64,000 bases of DNA from Octopus vulgaris (lineage: Eukaryota). The translations under genes were made by a program, and so were the position numbers. Below are positions 13,775 to 29,480 of this stretch, one piece after another (the stretch's first letter is position 1; every line of letters starts with the position of its first letter). The stretch is from NCBI GenBank assembly GCA_951406725.2, contig OX597823.1:57164001-57228000 (forward strand), given 5' to 3'. A model generated the notes under the pieces. That model was not told the DNA's origin. It saw only the letters and a list, made by a program, of their open reading frames with translations, and searched no databases.

Positions 13775-13912
13775 GTTTATAAAGTCTTTCCTTTCACACT
13801 CTCGTCATTTCATTCAGTGTGATAGTTCATATCCAAAGTGATCTGTCATTTTCAGTAGTTCGCAGACAAAACAACCTATAGATACAGTGACACAGTGGCA
13901 GACAAGAAAACA

Positions 13913-14771
13913 TATTCAAAATACAAAATACAAAGACAAAGAAACTGACAAAAAATGGGTCAAAAAATGATCAGATAATAAGGTAGAAGTGCCAAACAGA
14001 AGTAAAATTAAATTAAGCATTTAGTGGAAATAAAATGATAAAGTAGTGAAGACTAACCATTTCAGTACTTATAAACTGCTTCTTTCTTTCTGTGAAGGAT
14101 CTAAATTACCTTCTGTCTCTACACTCGAATCAGCCTCTATTTAAAGTTAAAATTGTACATGCTTTTTGTGTCTAAAGAAGTTAGTATTAGTGTAATAGAG
14201 AAGCAAACAAATTTACACAATACCTATTTCTTTATTACCCACAAGGGGCTAAACACAGAGGGAACAAACAAGGACAGACATAGGTATTAAGTCGATTACA
14301 TCGACCCCAGTTCATAACTGGTACTTAATTTATCGACCCCGAAAGGATGAAAGGCAAAGTCGACCTCGGTGGAATTTGAACTCGCAACGTAACGCAGACG
14401 AAATACCGCTAAGCATTTCGCCCGGCGTGCTAACGTTTCTGCCAGCTCGCCGCCTTATTTTACACAATACCGAATCAGATATGTCCCCATGATCGTGTAG
14501 AATATATATGAGGCAAAGAATGAATACATTAATGAAGTAGAGGATTAAATCTTGTCTTAATAGTGTAGCGTTGGATTCAATTGAATATTTACGTGGGATG
14601 TACATAAGCTACTGTTGTACTTATTGATGAGTTATTTAATAAAGGGTTGACGAAATGATATATTAAAATTTATGTTCAAGTACGGTATATGTCGACCAGT
14701 TATATACTTCGAAATAGTTAATATCAGTACTGATCCAAATTCATAGGATTGGTATGGTTACACACACACAC

Positions 14772-14812
<41 letters not shown>

Positions 14813-15256
14813 AATATATACGACTCTATAACACTGTCTCTCTCTCCTACATTTCTCTGCCATTCACACTTTGCACGCTACTTTGATCTGTCTCTTTCTC
14901 TCTCTCTCTCTCTTTACCTCTCCTCCTCCTTTTCTCTTTTCTTGCCTCTGATTCTTTGGTCTACTCTTCCCCCACTCTCTCACATTTCTCTGTCTTTCTC
15001 ACTTTGCACCTCACTGATTCTGTCGCCAAGCCAATCCTTGGCACGCTCTCTTTCTTCTCCTCTCTTTAATTCCTTCTTTCTCTCTCTTCTCCTCCCTTTG
15101 GTGCCTTCGTCCCTCTTTTTCTCTCTCTCTTTGATTCCTTTGCCCCCTTTTTTTCTCTCTCTTCTCCTCTCACGTGACCGCTAGTCAGCCAGCCTTTCGG
15201 CTTCTGACCAGCGCCACGAGAACATCGTTGTCTTCGTCTGCCGAAAAAGGCATTTT
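13913..15256 (+). repeat. Local duplication, copy 2 (contains SINE A at ~14225-14458)
   Basis: Near-identical to 27-1375. Confidence 0.95.
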
Positions 15257-17814
15257 CCAAATATTTTATGCAGCATTCGTTTCCAGTGAGTCTTATCATG
15301 CTTTTGGCGGGGAATTTGTATCATAACTAAGAATACAATCGATTAAACCACACGTGTATTTGACGCTCGTGATGGTCTAATAAATTGTATTTAAGACAAA
15401 CCTCTGCCGATGATTTATAGATGTTTTGTAAGTAAAATTGCATATTACATTAATAATGAAACAATTGTTCAGGGTTAATCTATTTTTTCGTTATATTTCA
15501 CTTTCCTTACGTTAAATGTAATGTTATTTCTTCTTGGAAACAACTTTTTGTGGCTATACCAGTAACGGAGCTATTTTTAGCACTAGAGTTAACCACATAG
15601 TGGTTACACTCTTATATTTATGTATAAATTTGTATTGTCTCCCTGGTTTTTATGTGCTAAGCCACTTGGTGTTAAATTGATGGTATTATTAAATTAATAT
15701 CAAATTTTTCACCCTCATTTATAAATTCATATACCTATATATATATACACACACAAATACAGGAACATCAAATGCCATACAACATAAGTTCTTGATTTAT
15801 CAACAGTATCTACACTTCAAGAGGATGTGTCACAGTTGCCAAATGGCAAATGAGCTCAGTTTCATATGAGAAGGAGAGGTAATTTCAAAAATCCTGAATG
15901 CTTCTAGGTTCACATGCCATTAAGGGAAAGGACAGGCTTATTCTCTAGAAGTAAGCGAACTGCCGTGGCTTCATGCTTCTGTCTCAATAGACGTCACCAG
16001 CACAGGTACTCTAACCTATCTCCAGCAGCGAAAGGACATAGACGTGTGCAAAAATGAGTGAAACACATTTGTGTCCTAGCAAATTTACAAAAATTTTAAA
16101 AAATTGAGCTAAGAAAAATATCTCTTTCCCATAATTTTATTTGGGCGGGCAACATGCGCATTGTGAACTGAGGTGTTGTCTTGGAGGAAGGTCCCTGTGC
16201 CCAGTTAATAAACACAACTAATGTTTAACTCTGCGAATTACTGGATTAAGTAGAGTACTGGAATAATTGCCTTGCTGCATTAGGCTATGTCCCTTTAGAT
16301 TAAATCCCGTCAGTACACATTTTAACCTCGAAACTTTAACTTTGAAATTTTAATCTGCAACAAAATCACTTATGTGTAAGATCATTTCTATGTCACAGTG
16401 GAATTGAACAGAAATCCAGTTTGAAACCACGCTGAAATTAATTTCTTTAACCTATTCTACTAGTGTGATGTTTACTATCAGTATATAACTAAACACAACT
16501 GCTCTACTTTATACATTGTCATCGATCGCTCTTATTTTCTGCGAATGATGTTTAGATAATGATTTCTACATTTGTCGATTAAATCGGCTTCAGTATGTGT
16601 CATCTACATATTTTATTGCACGAGGGATATTGAAAAGTAACATTGACCTTGGAGAGATTTGAAAGCCGAATTTAAATAGGCGTATCTAAATACCGCAAGA
16701 TATTTTGACTTGCACTGTTCGAGTAAAATCAATACATATTGTTAGAAATATGAGTTCAGGTTGTTTAAACTTCGTCTGGTTTAAGTGGAACGAGGACAAT
16801 AATAATTATATGAAAATTATAACATTGTTTCAAAAAAAGAAGAAAAAAAAGACCAAAAACTCAATACAATATTCAAACAAAAAATAAATCTCAAATCTGA
16901 TATTAAGCTAGTCGAATGAGAAATAAAACAAATAATATTTTTTTTAACAATGTCAATATTATTGATAGAAGATAAAAAAAAAATTATACTGAAAATTAAC
17001 AGAAAACAATATTTTGTTCCAAGCTGCTGAGAACCATTAAAAATAAAGCAAAAATAATAAAATTTATTCTCGATATTAGCAGAAATCATATGGGTTTGTT
17101 AAGACTAAATGTCGTTTGGTGGATGTAAATGTAAATAATGTTTAAAAAAAGAATCGAAAGTGTGTAAAAGTCTGTGCTTTGATTTTTTAAAATCAAATGT
17201 CATTTGTGTCTTCATGCATAGATATTTGGCGGTGGGTTGGTAGTGATGGCGGTGATGGTGGTAGTGATGGCGATTGTGGTGGTGGTAGTGATGGCGGTGG
17301 TGTTGGTAGTGATGGCGATTGTGGTGGTGGTGGTAGTGATGGCGGTGGTTGCTGGCTATTAACTACAAATCTACTACGATCGAACTGTCCTGTCATAAAA
17401 AGCGCTGCTGCAGTGTTCACCCCCACCTAATTTTCAAAATTTAACTATCATCGTATGTCTTCGTCTTTCACTTAAGACTGCAGAATATTGTCTGAGGATG
17501 ACTTGGCTGCTATTTCTTGTACTTCGATGCTCTACTTCGTCTCTTAGAAGCTCTCAGTTCGCCTCTTACAAGCTCCAGGTCGTCTTGCTTAGATGCTCCG
17601 CTTAGTTGCTCCAGTTCGTCTCGCTAAAGCCAGCTACAACCGCTAGTATTACTCATATGAGAAGCTGCACGTTTGCCAGAAAGTTTTTACAGTAAGATTG
17701 TTGATTTTTTAACACCACCTTTGGTATTGTTGTTCTCTGTCAGTTTTATCTCATCGAAATATTTGATGAGGCAAGGCTACGCAATTTCATGTGATTCTTT
17801 CGACATCAAATATA

Positions 17815-17952
17815 TAGGTGGTGCTGGCATGGGTATGTGGTAAGTTTGCTACCCAACCACACAGATTCCGTGTCCAGGCCCACTGTTTGCCATTTTGAGC
17901 AACTGTATTGGGACTGGATTTAGAGGACGGAAACTGGGAGAAGCTCGTCGTA
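17815..17952 (+). mobile_element. SINE family B, degenerate 5' half
   Basis: GTGTGGTAAGTTTGCTACCCAACCAC...GACGGAAACTG...GAAGCTCGTCGTATATA. Confidence 0.65.
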
Positions 17953-18046
17953 TATACATGTGGGTATATATTTACACACACACACATATATATATATATG
18001 TATATATATTTGTGTATATATATATATATATAAATATATATACATG

Positions 18047-18082
<36 letters not shown>

Positions 18083-18139
18083 TAAGTATATATACATGTA
18101 TATATATATATAAATGTATATATAATTATATATATATAC

Positions 18140-18233
<94 letters not shown>

Positions 18234-18458
18234 TATTAGTTGTTGTAACCGACTAAGGAATAAAATATCCGTACGTACTATCAGTATCCGTTACCTGTGT
18301 TATTTTCGGGCAATGGTGTGCAGGTAACAATATAATAAACAGAGGTTTATCAGGAACCAATATAAATAATAAGAAAATGGAGACAAACATAGATTAACTA
18401 ATAAATCGATAAGACCACATTTAAAGCTTGTTTGTTGATACAAAGCAAGACATAACAA

Positions 18459-18574
18459 ACCTTACAGCTGTTTCTGATCAAAATCCCCAGAATGCAGTCT
18501 ATACATAAATGCAAGAATAAAATTCATCACTTTCACAGGGTATTCGAGTTAAGGCAATTGATCTTCATCAGAGT
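18459..18574 (-). ncRNA. Minimal type-I hammerhead ribozyme motif (Penelope-like remnant)
   Basis: Minus strand: CTGATGA-a-GATCAA...(long loop)...TTGATC-a-GAAA-CAGCTG-TA/AG. Palindromic stem III; stem I weak. Confidence 0.55.
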
Positions 18575-18879
18575 GAAAACCAAGAGCATACAATATAAAA
18601 AATGGGAGAAGGAAGAGGTATGAAAACATCGCTTAGACAAATAGTCTAAAAGCCCAGTAAGTTAAGTGGACATAATTATTTACCATCCGAGTTCAAAGAA
18701 CGTAGATGAGAATATGAGCTATTAAAGGACTAGGGAATGTTACAATTTATTAACGGGAGTGTGCAGTTAGGAGGTGAGGGTTTAGGGTGATAAAGGAAGA
18801 AGTTATCAAGAGGATCTGTGTAAATAAGATATTAATATTTTTTACCTCTGACGTTTGTATTCAAGAGAGGCACTGAGAG

Positions 18880-19130
18880 AGATCTCAAAGGAAGAAACAA
18901 CATCGCTGATGGTATGACGCCACACAACACGGTCAGCTTTTAGAGTGGACCACTCACAATAATCACTGTCACAGACGCTAAGGGAATGCTTCAGACAGTC
19001 CTTGTAACGCTTCTTTGGTACTCCCTGTTGTGGTGGCCTGTGGTGAGCTCACCGTACATGATGACCTTGGGTAGGCGGTGGTCTTTTATCCTGTCAACGT
19101 GTCCTGCCCAACGTAGTCGTGACTCAAGTA
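18880..19130 (-). mobile_element. RTE-clade LINE remnant (C-terminal part of ORF)
   Basis: RLRWAGHVDRIKDHRLPKVIMYGELTTG is the typical RTE/BovB post-RT motif. Confidence 0.85.
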
Positions 19131-19290
19131 AAATGAGACAGGTTTTAAAATCAGATTTGCAATGTGAAGCAACCAAATGTCGCATGTCGTTGCGTCCAGT
19201 CACGTCAAACATGTAATTTTCGGCTTAGAATGCCAATTTTTTAATCGCAAAAAAAAAAACTGATTAAAAATAAAACCAAGAAGCATTTAG

Positions 19291-19330
<40 letters not shown>

Positions 19331-20201
19331 TCATCTTCAGTATATTGCTTCTCTGTGTTTCAGTGTTGGGTGGGAATTTTGTAGTAAAAGGCAAATAAAT
19401 TAAACTGAATACAAACGGATTTCAATCCAGACGAAAAGTCTTATCAAAAGCATCTCAAAAAATATATGTATGCGGAAATTTTATTTGAAAAATATAACTA
19501 ATATTACATTTTTGAAAACATTAATAAATATAATGAATATCTGACAAACAATCTATTGTGTTTAATATTTGTATATTTGGTCTAAAGGCGAAACCGCAAT
19601 TTAAGATAACATCTTCGTTAATTAAGAGATGAAAGGGTTAACTGATTGACAACAACATATTTGGTCTCACGTCAGCCATGATAATTGAAAGATTAATCGG
19701 AAAATCAAGTCCAAAGATCAAAGTCGTTATCAAAGGTTTCATCCACTGATACTTTAGGATATATCATCTTACATCTTTAAACAGTAACCAATAGTGACAG
19801 ACAAGGTTGCATCTTTTGTGCGAGGGCGAGTAGAAGACTGACCAAATGACCCTCCTCCGCTTTCACCCCCACCCCACTCAACAGCATCCGTTGACTACTT
19901 TGATACATCGGTGTTTCTGATTTCAAATCCTGTCGTGGCGTACTTTATATATTTTTACATTAAGAACAAAAATTTCGCACTTTGAAAAAGAAATCGGAGA
20001 CAGCTATGGTTGCGATCGTTTTGATCGAGTAGGCAGAAATATGATCAAAAGACGTTCCAGCTTTGTCCATTCCATCTTCTTTTCTTCAACCACATAATTC
20101 AGTATGTATCTCCCATTTTAAGAAGAATTTAGGAAGAATTGCCTGCTATTTTAACAGATAACGAAAATGTAGCGGCTTCCTTAGTAGCTCATAACTGGTA
20201 C

Positions 20202-20233
<32 letters not shown>

Positions 20234-20317
20234 CAGCAGCAGCAGCAGCAGCAACAGTATTAGTGGTGTTTGTGGTGGTGGTGGTGGTAGTATTAGTATT
20301 AATATTATTATTATTAT

Positions 20318-20823
<506 letters not shown>

Positions 20824-21292
20824 TTCTGGTTTACACTCAGATTAGCTCTGGTCGAGTTGGTTTATAATAAAAAATTATTACAGATGTGACCTTCCAGTGT
20901 TTTATTCAAAATGTATCTAGGGACAATACCATCCAACTTGTCCCTGTTTTTTTGATAGTAGGGTAGTTCTAAGGGGTATTTGATTGCTGATTATAGTAGA
21001 CCGAGCGACTGATAGAAACATTTTCCATTAGTTCATAAGTGTTTATTTTTTTTTGTGTGTACGTGCGTGTGTGACTGGCTACGATGCCGCTTACTGAGAG
21101 CGGAAATAGAGGCGTTATTTTAGTTGTATGACTTAAATGGTTTACTCTGCTCCCATGTAACGATTACTACCTCCCCATTATCGTAAATTTTACCTGTGTT
21201 TTTGAGAAAACCTGATTGGCTAACAAGCTGCGTAACCGGTTCACGTATTGTGATATCGAATACATTCAAAACAATTCGTAGTGATTCTAGAC

Positions 21293-21542
21293 CAGTAGTT
21301 CTCAAACGGGGTCCATATGGCCCTTGGGAGCGGACTCCGTATAAGATTTTGCTGTTAAAATTTTTATGTGCAATAATTTGGTTACACTTCTACAGTACGC
21401 AAAAATATTTTAACATTTTTTCAAATACAACTTCTAATCATATTTAATTATAAAAATATAATAGGATTTTGGCAATGAGAGTCTATCCGAGTAAAATAGT
21501 AATCAAAGGGGCCTAATGCCAAATGATGGTTGAGAACGACTC
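21293..21542. mobile_element. hAT/Charlie-like MITE
   Basis: Imperfect TIRs CAGTAGTTCTCAA ... TTGAGAACGACTC; left flank TTCTAGAC fits the NTCTAGAN Charlie target preference. Confidence 0.6.
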
Positions 21543-21726
21543 TTGCGATTTTTTAAGTCGCCTTTACAGACCTCGGTGTAGCTCATCTTTTCGGTTATGT
21601 TATCATCTAGCGTTGCTGTAACTTCTACCTCATATATGACGGGATATACCATCACAGAGCAGTACACTACCCCCACACACATACATACATACGTACATAC
21701 ATACAAACATACATAATACATAAATG

Positions 21727-21814
<88 letters not shown>

Positions 21815-23208
21815 TATATATCACATGCTGTAGCATACGGCTGTCCACCTAGTGGATTTTGCCCTTTAAATATACATATATATATATATATGTACACATA
21901 TACATGCCACACATATAATACGCTATGGAAATCCCTGAGTTTAGATGTTTAAGTCTGAGGAGCGAAATAATTACTGGTTTTCAGCTATTTATGTTAAAAA
22001 TGTGCGTTGACCACGGTAGTCTCTCGGTAAAAATGATAGCATTTATAGCAATCACCGGATGGGGAGCAAAAGGCTGGATGTTTATTGTCAACGTTCAAAC
22101 GAATCTGGGAGTAGTCATGTCTTTATATATGCAGTAATTGTTAATTTTAATTGTTTTGTGTAGATCACACTTGGGTACCGAAGGATAGAAAAGTAAAAAA
22201 ATGTGTGGTGTATCTTGCATAAAAACAGTCGTTACTAGAGTTTAAATCAAAGAAATCATTGATGTTTCAATGAAGGGTTTGGGTGAGAGATTTGAAATCT
22301 GAAGTAGACCACAGATAATTGAGTGTTGGAAGTACAGCGCACTCGTATCAGCATATGCTGTGACAATGACATTTAGAAGAATTCCAGAGGCCACAATTCT
22401 GGAGGTGATATATTGAGGAAGACAGATGCTTACGAAAGCCTTGTTGATGTCAAGGTTATCAAAACCGACTTCAATATTTTCTCGAAGGAAACACATTTAC
22501 TCAAATATAACAATTGTAGGTCCCCATTAGACCTTATTTGCGTCCTCAAAAAGAAACAAATTAACGAGATACCGTTCGTGAAAAGATCTTTCCTGCTGTC
22601 GACGAGGTGCAGTAGTTTAATCGGGACATTTACGCATCCTTTTCAACAGTGACGTGGGTGGAGAGAGAGTGGTACTGTGCTCCGTTTACCAGACATAACT
22701 AAAATAGAAGAATATGTATAATTAAGAATGCATACACAGACGTACACACGTACACTCATACACACATCCATGCACAAAAACGCACACATACATGGATGGT
22801 TGAACAAACAGATAGATATTTAAAATGAAAAGACGTAGACAGATGTATAAAAATAGACACTAGCTCAGATACATATTTATGTATGGTCCAATATGTGGTG
22901 TATATGTTAATAAATTTGCAGGAACTTCTCTCTTTCCGGTGGATATTCCGGTTTATTTGTCTCTGTGTGTGTTTGTGTACAAGTCTGTATTTGTCTGAAA
23001 AATGTTTATGCATATGTGTGTCTACATATGCATATCCGTATATGAGCGTATGTGTGTTTGCAAGTATATGTGCCCGTAGGAGTGCAAGTATGTAGATGTT
23101 TGTGTATAGATTACTGCTGCCTTTGTGCATATATTTATACAATATATATATGTATATATATGTATATATGTTTATATATACCTATACCTATAAATATATA
23201 CGGGATTT

Positions 23209-23260
<52 letters not shown>

Positions 23261-23261
23261 A

Positions 23262-23356
<95 letters not shown>

Positions 23357-23424
23357 TTATCTGTATGTATATGTATATTTATATATGAAGGTATGTATAC
23401 GCACACACACACAGGCACATATAT

Positions 23425-23591
23425 ATTCGACAGGCTTATTTCAGTTTTCGTCTACCAAATCCACTCACTCGATTTTGGTCGACCCGAAGCCATAGTAGAA
23501 GACATTTGCGCAAGGTGCCACACAGTGGGACTGAACCCGGAACTATGTGGTTGGTAAGCAAGCTACTCCTACGCTTATGAGCCACTCCTGT

Positions 23592-23595
<4 letters not shown>
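23425..23595 (-). mobile_element. SINE family B, 5' half
   Basis: Reverse complement of the GGAGTGGCT...GGTTCAGTCCCACTG...GTGGATTTGGTAGACG head. Confidence 0.8.
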
Positions 23596-23629
<34 letters not shown>

Positions 23630-23897
23630 CACACACATACACACACAAATATTCATTGCCCGTTCGATTACCGCGGACGCCCCACGCATACCATTTTTCT
23701 AATAAATAATACCTTATGCTCTTCGGAAATTAGCTTCGTGATCAGTTATACTCACAAAACTCTTAGTATTCGCAGAGAGTAATCGTAGCAGTACAGCACA
23801 GTGAGAGGCATGCAAACCCATATATACATACATACATACATACATACATACATACATACATACATTTATACATACGCACATACATACGCACATACAT

Positions 23898-23952
<55 letters not shown>

Positions 23953-24342
23953 CATATATATATACGTAAATATATATATATATGAATGTTTGTATATATA
24001 TCTGTGTGTATATATATATATGAATATATATATATTTTTATATTGTATACGTATATTTGTATACACAGCATACACACATGCATATATACATATATACATG
24101 CATATACATCTGCACATATGAATAATTTATACTGATACGGGAAATTATACGTACACATATGGTGTATATATTAAGATATATTGTTATGAATAAAGATGGT
24201 TGTTTGATTGATTGGCAGATTGTTAAATAGATATATAGATGAATAGATCGATAATCACGCATACATACATACCTACAGAACACACTCCCATATATATATA
24301 TGTATATTCGTGTGTTTGTGTGCGTGCGTGTATAAACATATA

Positions 24343-24378
<36 letters not shown>

Positions 24379-24408
24379 TGTATGTATGTATGTATGTATG
24401 TATGTATG

Positions 24409-24465
<57 letters not shown>

Positions 24466-24760
24466 TTTCATGTGTGTGTGTGTAATACATGAGTCTGTGT
24501 AAAGTGAGTAGACATTTACTTTCACGACCGCTTATGGCCGTTACCATTAACCGTTTCTCTCTATGGTTAATAAATATCTCCCTGATGCAGAACGCACACT
24601 TTTATACATGCGAACAATCACACATACATACATATATAAATACATAAATACATACTTAAATTTATTCGTATAGACATGCATACTTATTCATATAGAGTCA
24701 TACACATATACACTGTTCATATTTAGTTTTTACATTTCATATAAAACTATTTATGTTATA

Positions 24761-25003
<243 letters not shown>

Positions 25004-27753
25004 ATATATTTAAGTTTATTTGGTTCCATATCATTTCGCTCAGCTGAAAATTGTCTTCGGGAACGAATTTTATCTATGTGTATAAATTTGTATGTTGTGC
25101 ATATACATGTACATATCCATACACACACGTGCGTGCGCTCATATATGTGTATATGTATTTATTTATATATACAAATTTATATTTCTGTATAAATATATAT
25201 GTACTTATATGCAGTATATATATATATGTGTGCTTGTGTTTGTGTAGGTATGTTTACACACACACACACAAAAAGACACATATACATATGAGAGACCGAG
25301 AGAAAGAAAGGGTGAGAGAGGGTGAGAAGATGGATTGAGAGATTTCTGTACGTTCCGTCAAAACCTGTGGGGTTTATCACTGTCTCCGTTTATTAATTCT
25401 CAATAATTGTATTTTAAGCTTTACTCCATTTCCCCTTTATACAGTATTTCGTTTGTTATTTCTATTCTTTTTTACATCGACCTTCTTTGGACCTTACTTC
25501 ATTTCCTTACATTTTTATAATTACCCTTGTTTTTCCCCACTTACACTTCGGTCTAATATATAAATTTCTATTTCACTTTTGTCTCGTTCCTTCTCTCATC
25601 TCAATAATTGTCTTTTTTATTCGCTCACTCTAAATACTTTATCTCGTAACCTCTCTATTTCCTCCTCTCTCGTGAAAAAGATTCATAATTCTTCTTTCCT
25701 TCCCTCCCGTCTTTATTACTTGTTGCTTTTGTTTCTTAATTTCTCACACCCTCTTACATACCTCCCTATATTTCCTTTTCTGTTCATCTCATGCCTATTA
25801 CCAAACTGTTTGGTTTTTATCTGACTGTAGACTCGCATTTTCTATTTACCTTCCAATCTGTTAATCTCTCACATTTTGATTTATCGAGCTAATCAACCTC
25901 GGTCTATAATACATTTTATCTCCTTAACTTTTCTAATTCTAATAATATTATATCTATATCCCACTTCTCTCTGCACAGCCACTGCTTTCAACTGACTGAC
26001 GTATAACTAGAATACTCCGATGCAGCGAACATATGACCTAAGGCATTCCTGTCATGACCAAACTGTATTTTGTTAGACACAGAATATTCGGAAGTACATT
26101 ATGCAATATGTCCTTTTTATTACATAGTATTTGTCATTTCCGTTGTTCTATGTGTATAGAGCAGTGATGAACTAGTTTACCTATGATCGATACCATTCAG
26201 CGTGTGAGTTTGCCGACTTTATTCTATGTGCATTTAACGAAGGACTACATTAAGCGCCAAGTGTGATTTTATGGGAGGTTTGGCTGCCATTTATTGAGGA
26301 GCGTACCTCTGGTATTGATTTTGATCTTTATTATGATGTCAGGCTCTCCTTGTCATTGGTTTAAGCTACGCTGAAATGAGTTCTGTCAGTGGACATTCCG
26401 TCCATTTTTGAGACGTTGCCTTGAACTTCATAATCTAACGCATTTCTCCTTATATAAGATGATATTGTGTTATAATAGAGCGGCTATTTCCAGCAAACCT
26501 ATCGATCCCTTTGGGTTCTTTCATTGGCTATACAAGGTCACGTTACCGTGGTTAGTAGATTCTTAAACAAACTCACTTATTGTTGTTACTGCTACAGTTC
26601 TTTATTTGCCTGTGGTTTGGGCAGCAGGACACCAGACTGTGCTTTTCATAATAATCGGTATTATTATGTGGCCCCCACACAGAACGTCTGCACTGTTAAA
26701 GAGGCAATTTTTGTAGCTTCTTTTTCAGGAGTTATGAACCAGTTTTCTGTACGAAAGCATCTCACATCAACGCACTGTTCATTCTAGAGTATTCGTATGG
26801 ACAACGAGTGAAAGTGATAGTACGGTGGTTCATATCTCATCATAGACATTTTCCAGGCGCTCGACAATTTTAGTTTTCGCTGTAATTATGTTGTCCTCCT
26901 TGACATCATAGACTTGAAAGTCATCAGAAATCTCTTAAGCCTGTATTTCAAAACCTATCTAGAATGGCATTAGCTAAAGTCATAACACAGCAAGATGTGA
27001 TTTAACAGGAAGTTAGCTGCAATTTCTCTAAAATATTTAATGACCATAAAAAAATTCCTTCCTTGGTACAATCTCAGTTATATTTTCCAAAATAGTCGTA
27101 TTAGTTATATAACTGGGAAGAAAAAGGCGATGTTACTATATGAAGGAAGAGATATGATAATACACTTGGATAGTAAATTTCGTATGTGGAACACATTTAC
27201 AGAAAGACACTCGTGTACACGTTCATGTACACAAACACATAAATATTTTGTTTACACATTTACTGCCTGACCTGACCACATCGAGCTGTGGTCAGGCAGG
27301 CGCAACCACCGTGATCTACGTGATAAAAACAGAAATTATTGTACAAATTCAGGATTGAAGACAGGAGACGCGGAAAAATTAGTCCAAAATACATTTTCAC
27401 AGTCTCCTCCTGTACATCCATCCATCCATCCATACATACATACATACATACACACATACATACGTGTGTATGTGTGTGTGAGTGTGTTTGTATATATATT
27501 TATATATTTAAATATATGTATATGCATAAAAGAAGCGTATGTGCGCCTGTGTTGACGTCATACATACATAAATATATTTATATGGCAGTAATTCCCAAAG
27601 ATTTCAGTTCTATATATGTACCATGCGTATGTACATCAAGGTAGGAAGACTATCTGTATTATATTAATGTATGTTTACACTTACATATATGTATGTGTAT
27701 GTCTATGTGTGTAAGCACATATATATGCATAAATGCTTGTGTCTGTATGTATG

Positions 27754-27843
<90 letters not shown>

Positions 27844-27906
27844 CATATATATATATGAATATGTATATGCATGTATATATATGTATATTTACATATATAT
27901 ATACAC

Positions 27907-27938
<32 letters not shown>

Positions 27939-28202
27939 GTATATGTATATGCATGTATATATATATATATGCATATATATGCGTGTGTGACTGTCTAAGT
28001 ATATGTAGATATATATGTATTATATATGCACACACGCATATATATATATATATAATTAAAGTTATAATTATAATATATATATATATATGCAATTATATGT
28101 ATATGCGTGAAGGTTTATATTTATATATGTATAGCTCTATGCATATATATAAATATGTGTGTGTGTATGTGTGCGTATTTGTACGTGCGTGCGTGTGTGT
28201 GC

Positions 28203-28259
<57 letters not shown>

Positions 28260-28637
28260 TGTGTGTGTGTGGAATTATTGATTCTTCCGTTTGTAAATTT
28301 AGCTACAAATGTTCCAGCAAATTAAAATCGAGTACTACAATTATCAAGGATCAATAGCGTAATATATGTCCTGCTTAAAATAGTTTTTAAAGGATATAGA
28401 AGGTCATAAATATAAATCTTCCTTTGATGGGTGTTGGCCGAACATTCGAGACGGTTGGAGGAAGAGGAGATGTGGAAATCGAATTTGTTCTCTGTAACGT
28501 TCCTATGGACCATTGCCACAGAAAACCATGCTTCCCTTGGTTGTTATCAGATTATCTGTCTGGTCTCTTTCTCTCTCCATCACCACTCCATCTCCTCTCC
28601 TCCTCGCGATGTGTACCTCCCTTTGCTATATTTTTTC

Positions 28638-28677
<40 letters not shown>

Positions 28678-28822
28678 TTGTGTATGCATGTATATATCCG
28701 CGTATGCATTATCTATCTATGAATCTATCCATGAAGCTATTTTAATATATATCAAATCATCCTATATTTATTCATGTTATGTGTTTCTGCATTGGTATGT
28801 TTATGTGCGTGTGTTCATATGC

Positions 28823-28875
<53 letters not shown>

Positions 28876-29110
28876 TATATGTATAGATATACATATATAT
28901 GCACACACATATACGCACTCACACTCAAATTGCACACAGAGACACATGCACACATTCACACACACACACACACGCGCGCACACAGACAATTATCAGTGTA
29001 TTTGTGTTTGTATGTGTATGTGTGGTTTATATATAAATATGTCTCTCCCTCCCTGTCTCTCTCACTCTCTCTCTCAATATATCTATATACACATATATAT
29101 ATATATATTC

Positions 29111-29161
<51 letters not shown>

Positions 29162-29369
29162 CATATATATATGTATATACACACACATATATATATATAT
29201 ACAAATATATATTTTTCTATGCAAAAATAAATAAAAACTTGTAAAGCTCCCTACTCGAATGTGATCACCATTTTATTATCAAATTGTCTGATCGGTACAA
29301 TATGAAATAAGATTAGAGGAAATGTGAACTACTCCACTTCGGTAAGTAGCATCGATAGGATAAAATAAG

Positions 29370-29480
29370 CATTGCCTCTTCCCTCTGGCAAATCATTCAG
29401 TACTTAGGACAACCTCAGAGACCTAGGAGTAATTGTAGACAAAATATCTAGTTTGATAACCCCACACACTTAAAATAAGT
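29370..29480 (+). mobile_element. CR1/L2-like reverse transcriptase remnant
   Basis: AGAGACCTAGGAGTAATTGTAGAC reads RDLGVIVD, matching the conserved (K/R)DLGV RT motif. Very short. Confidence 0.45.

Noticed and set aside
22260-22480. Possible RTE endonuclease remnant (SRGHNSGGDILRKTD...LVDVKVI)
   Set aside because: Resemblance too weak to call without a profile search.
27265-27301. GC-rich 15-bp hairpin
   Set aside because: Isolated, too short for a pre-miRNA, no supporting context.
28424-29230. 268-aa ORF with a non-repetitive N-terminus
   Set aside because: No recognisable domain or splice signals; the length comes from microsatellites.
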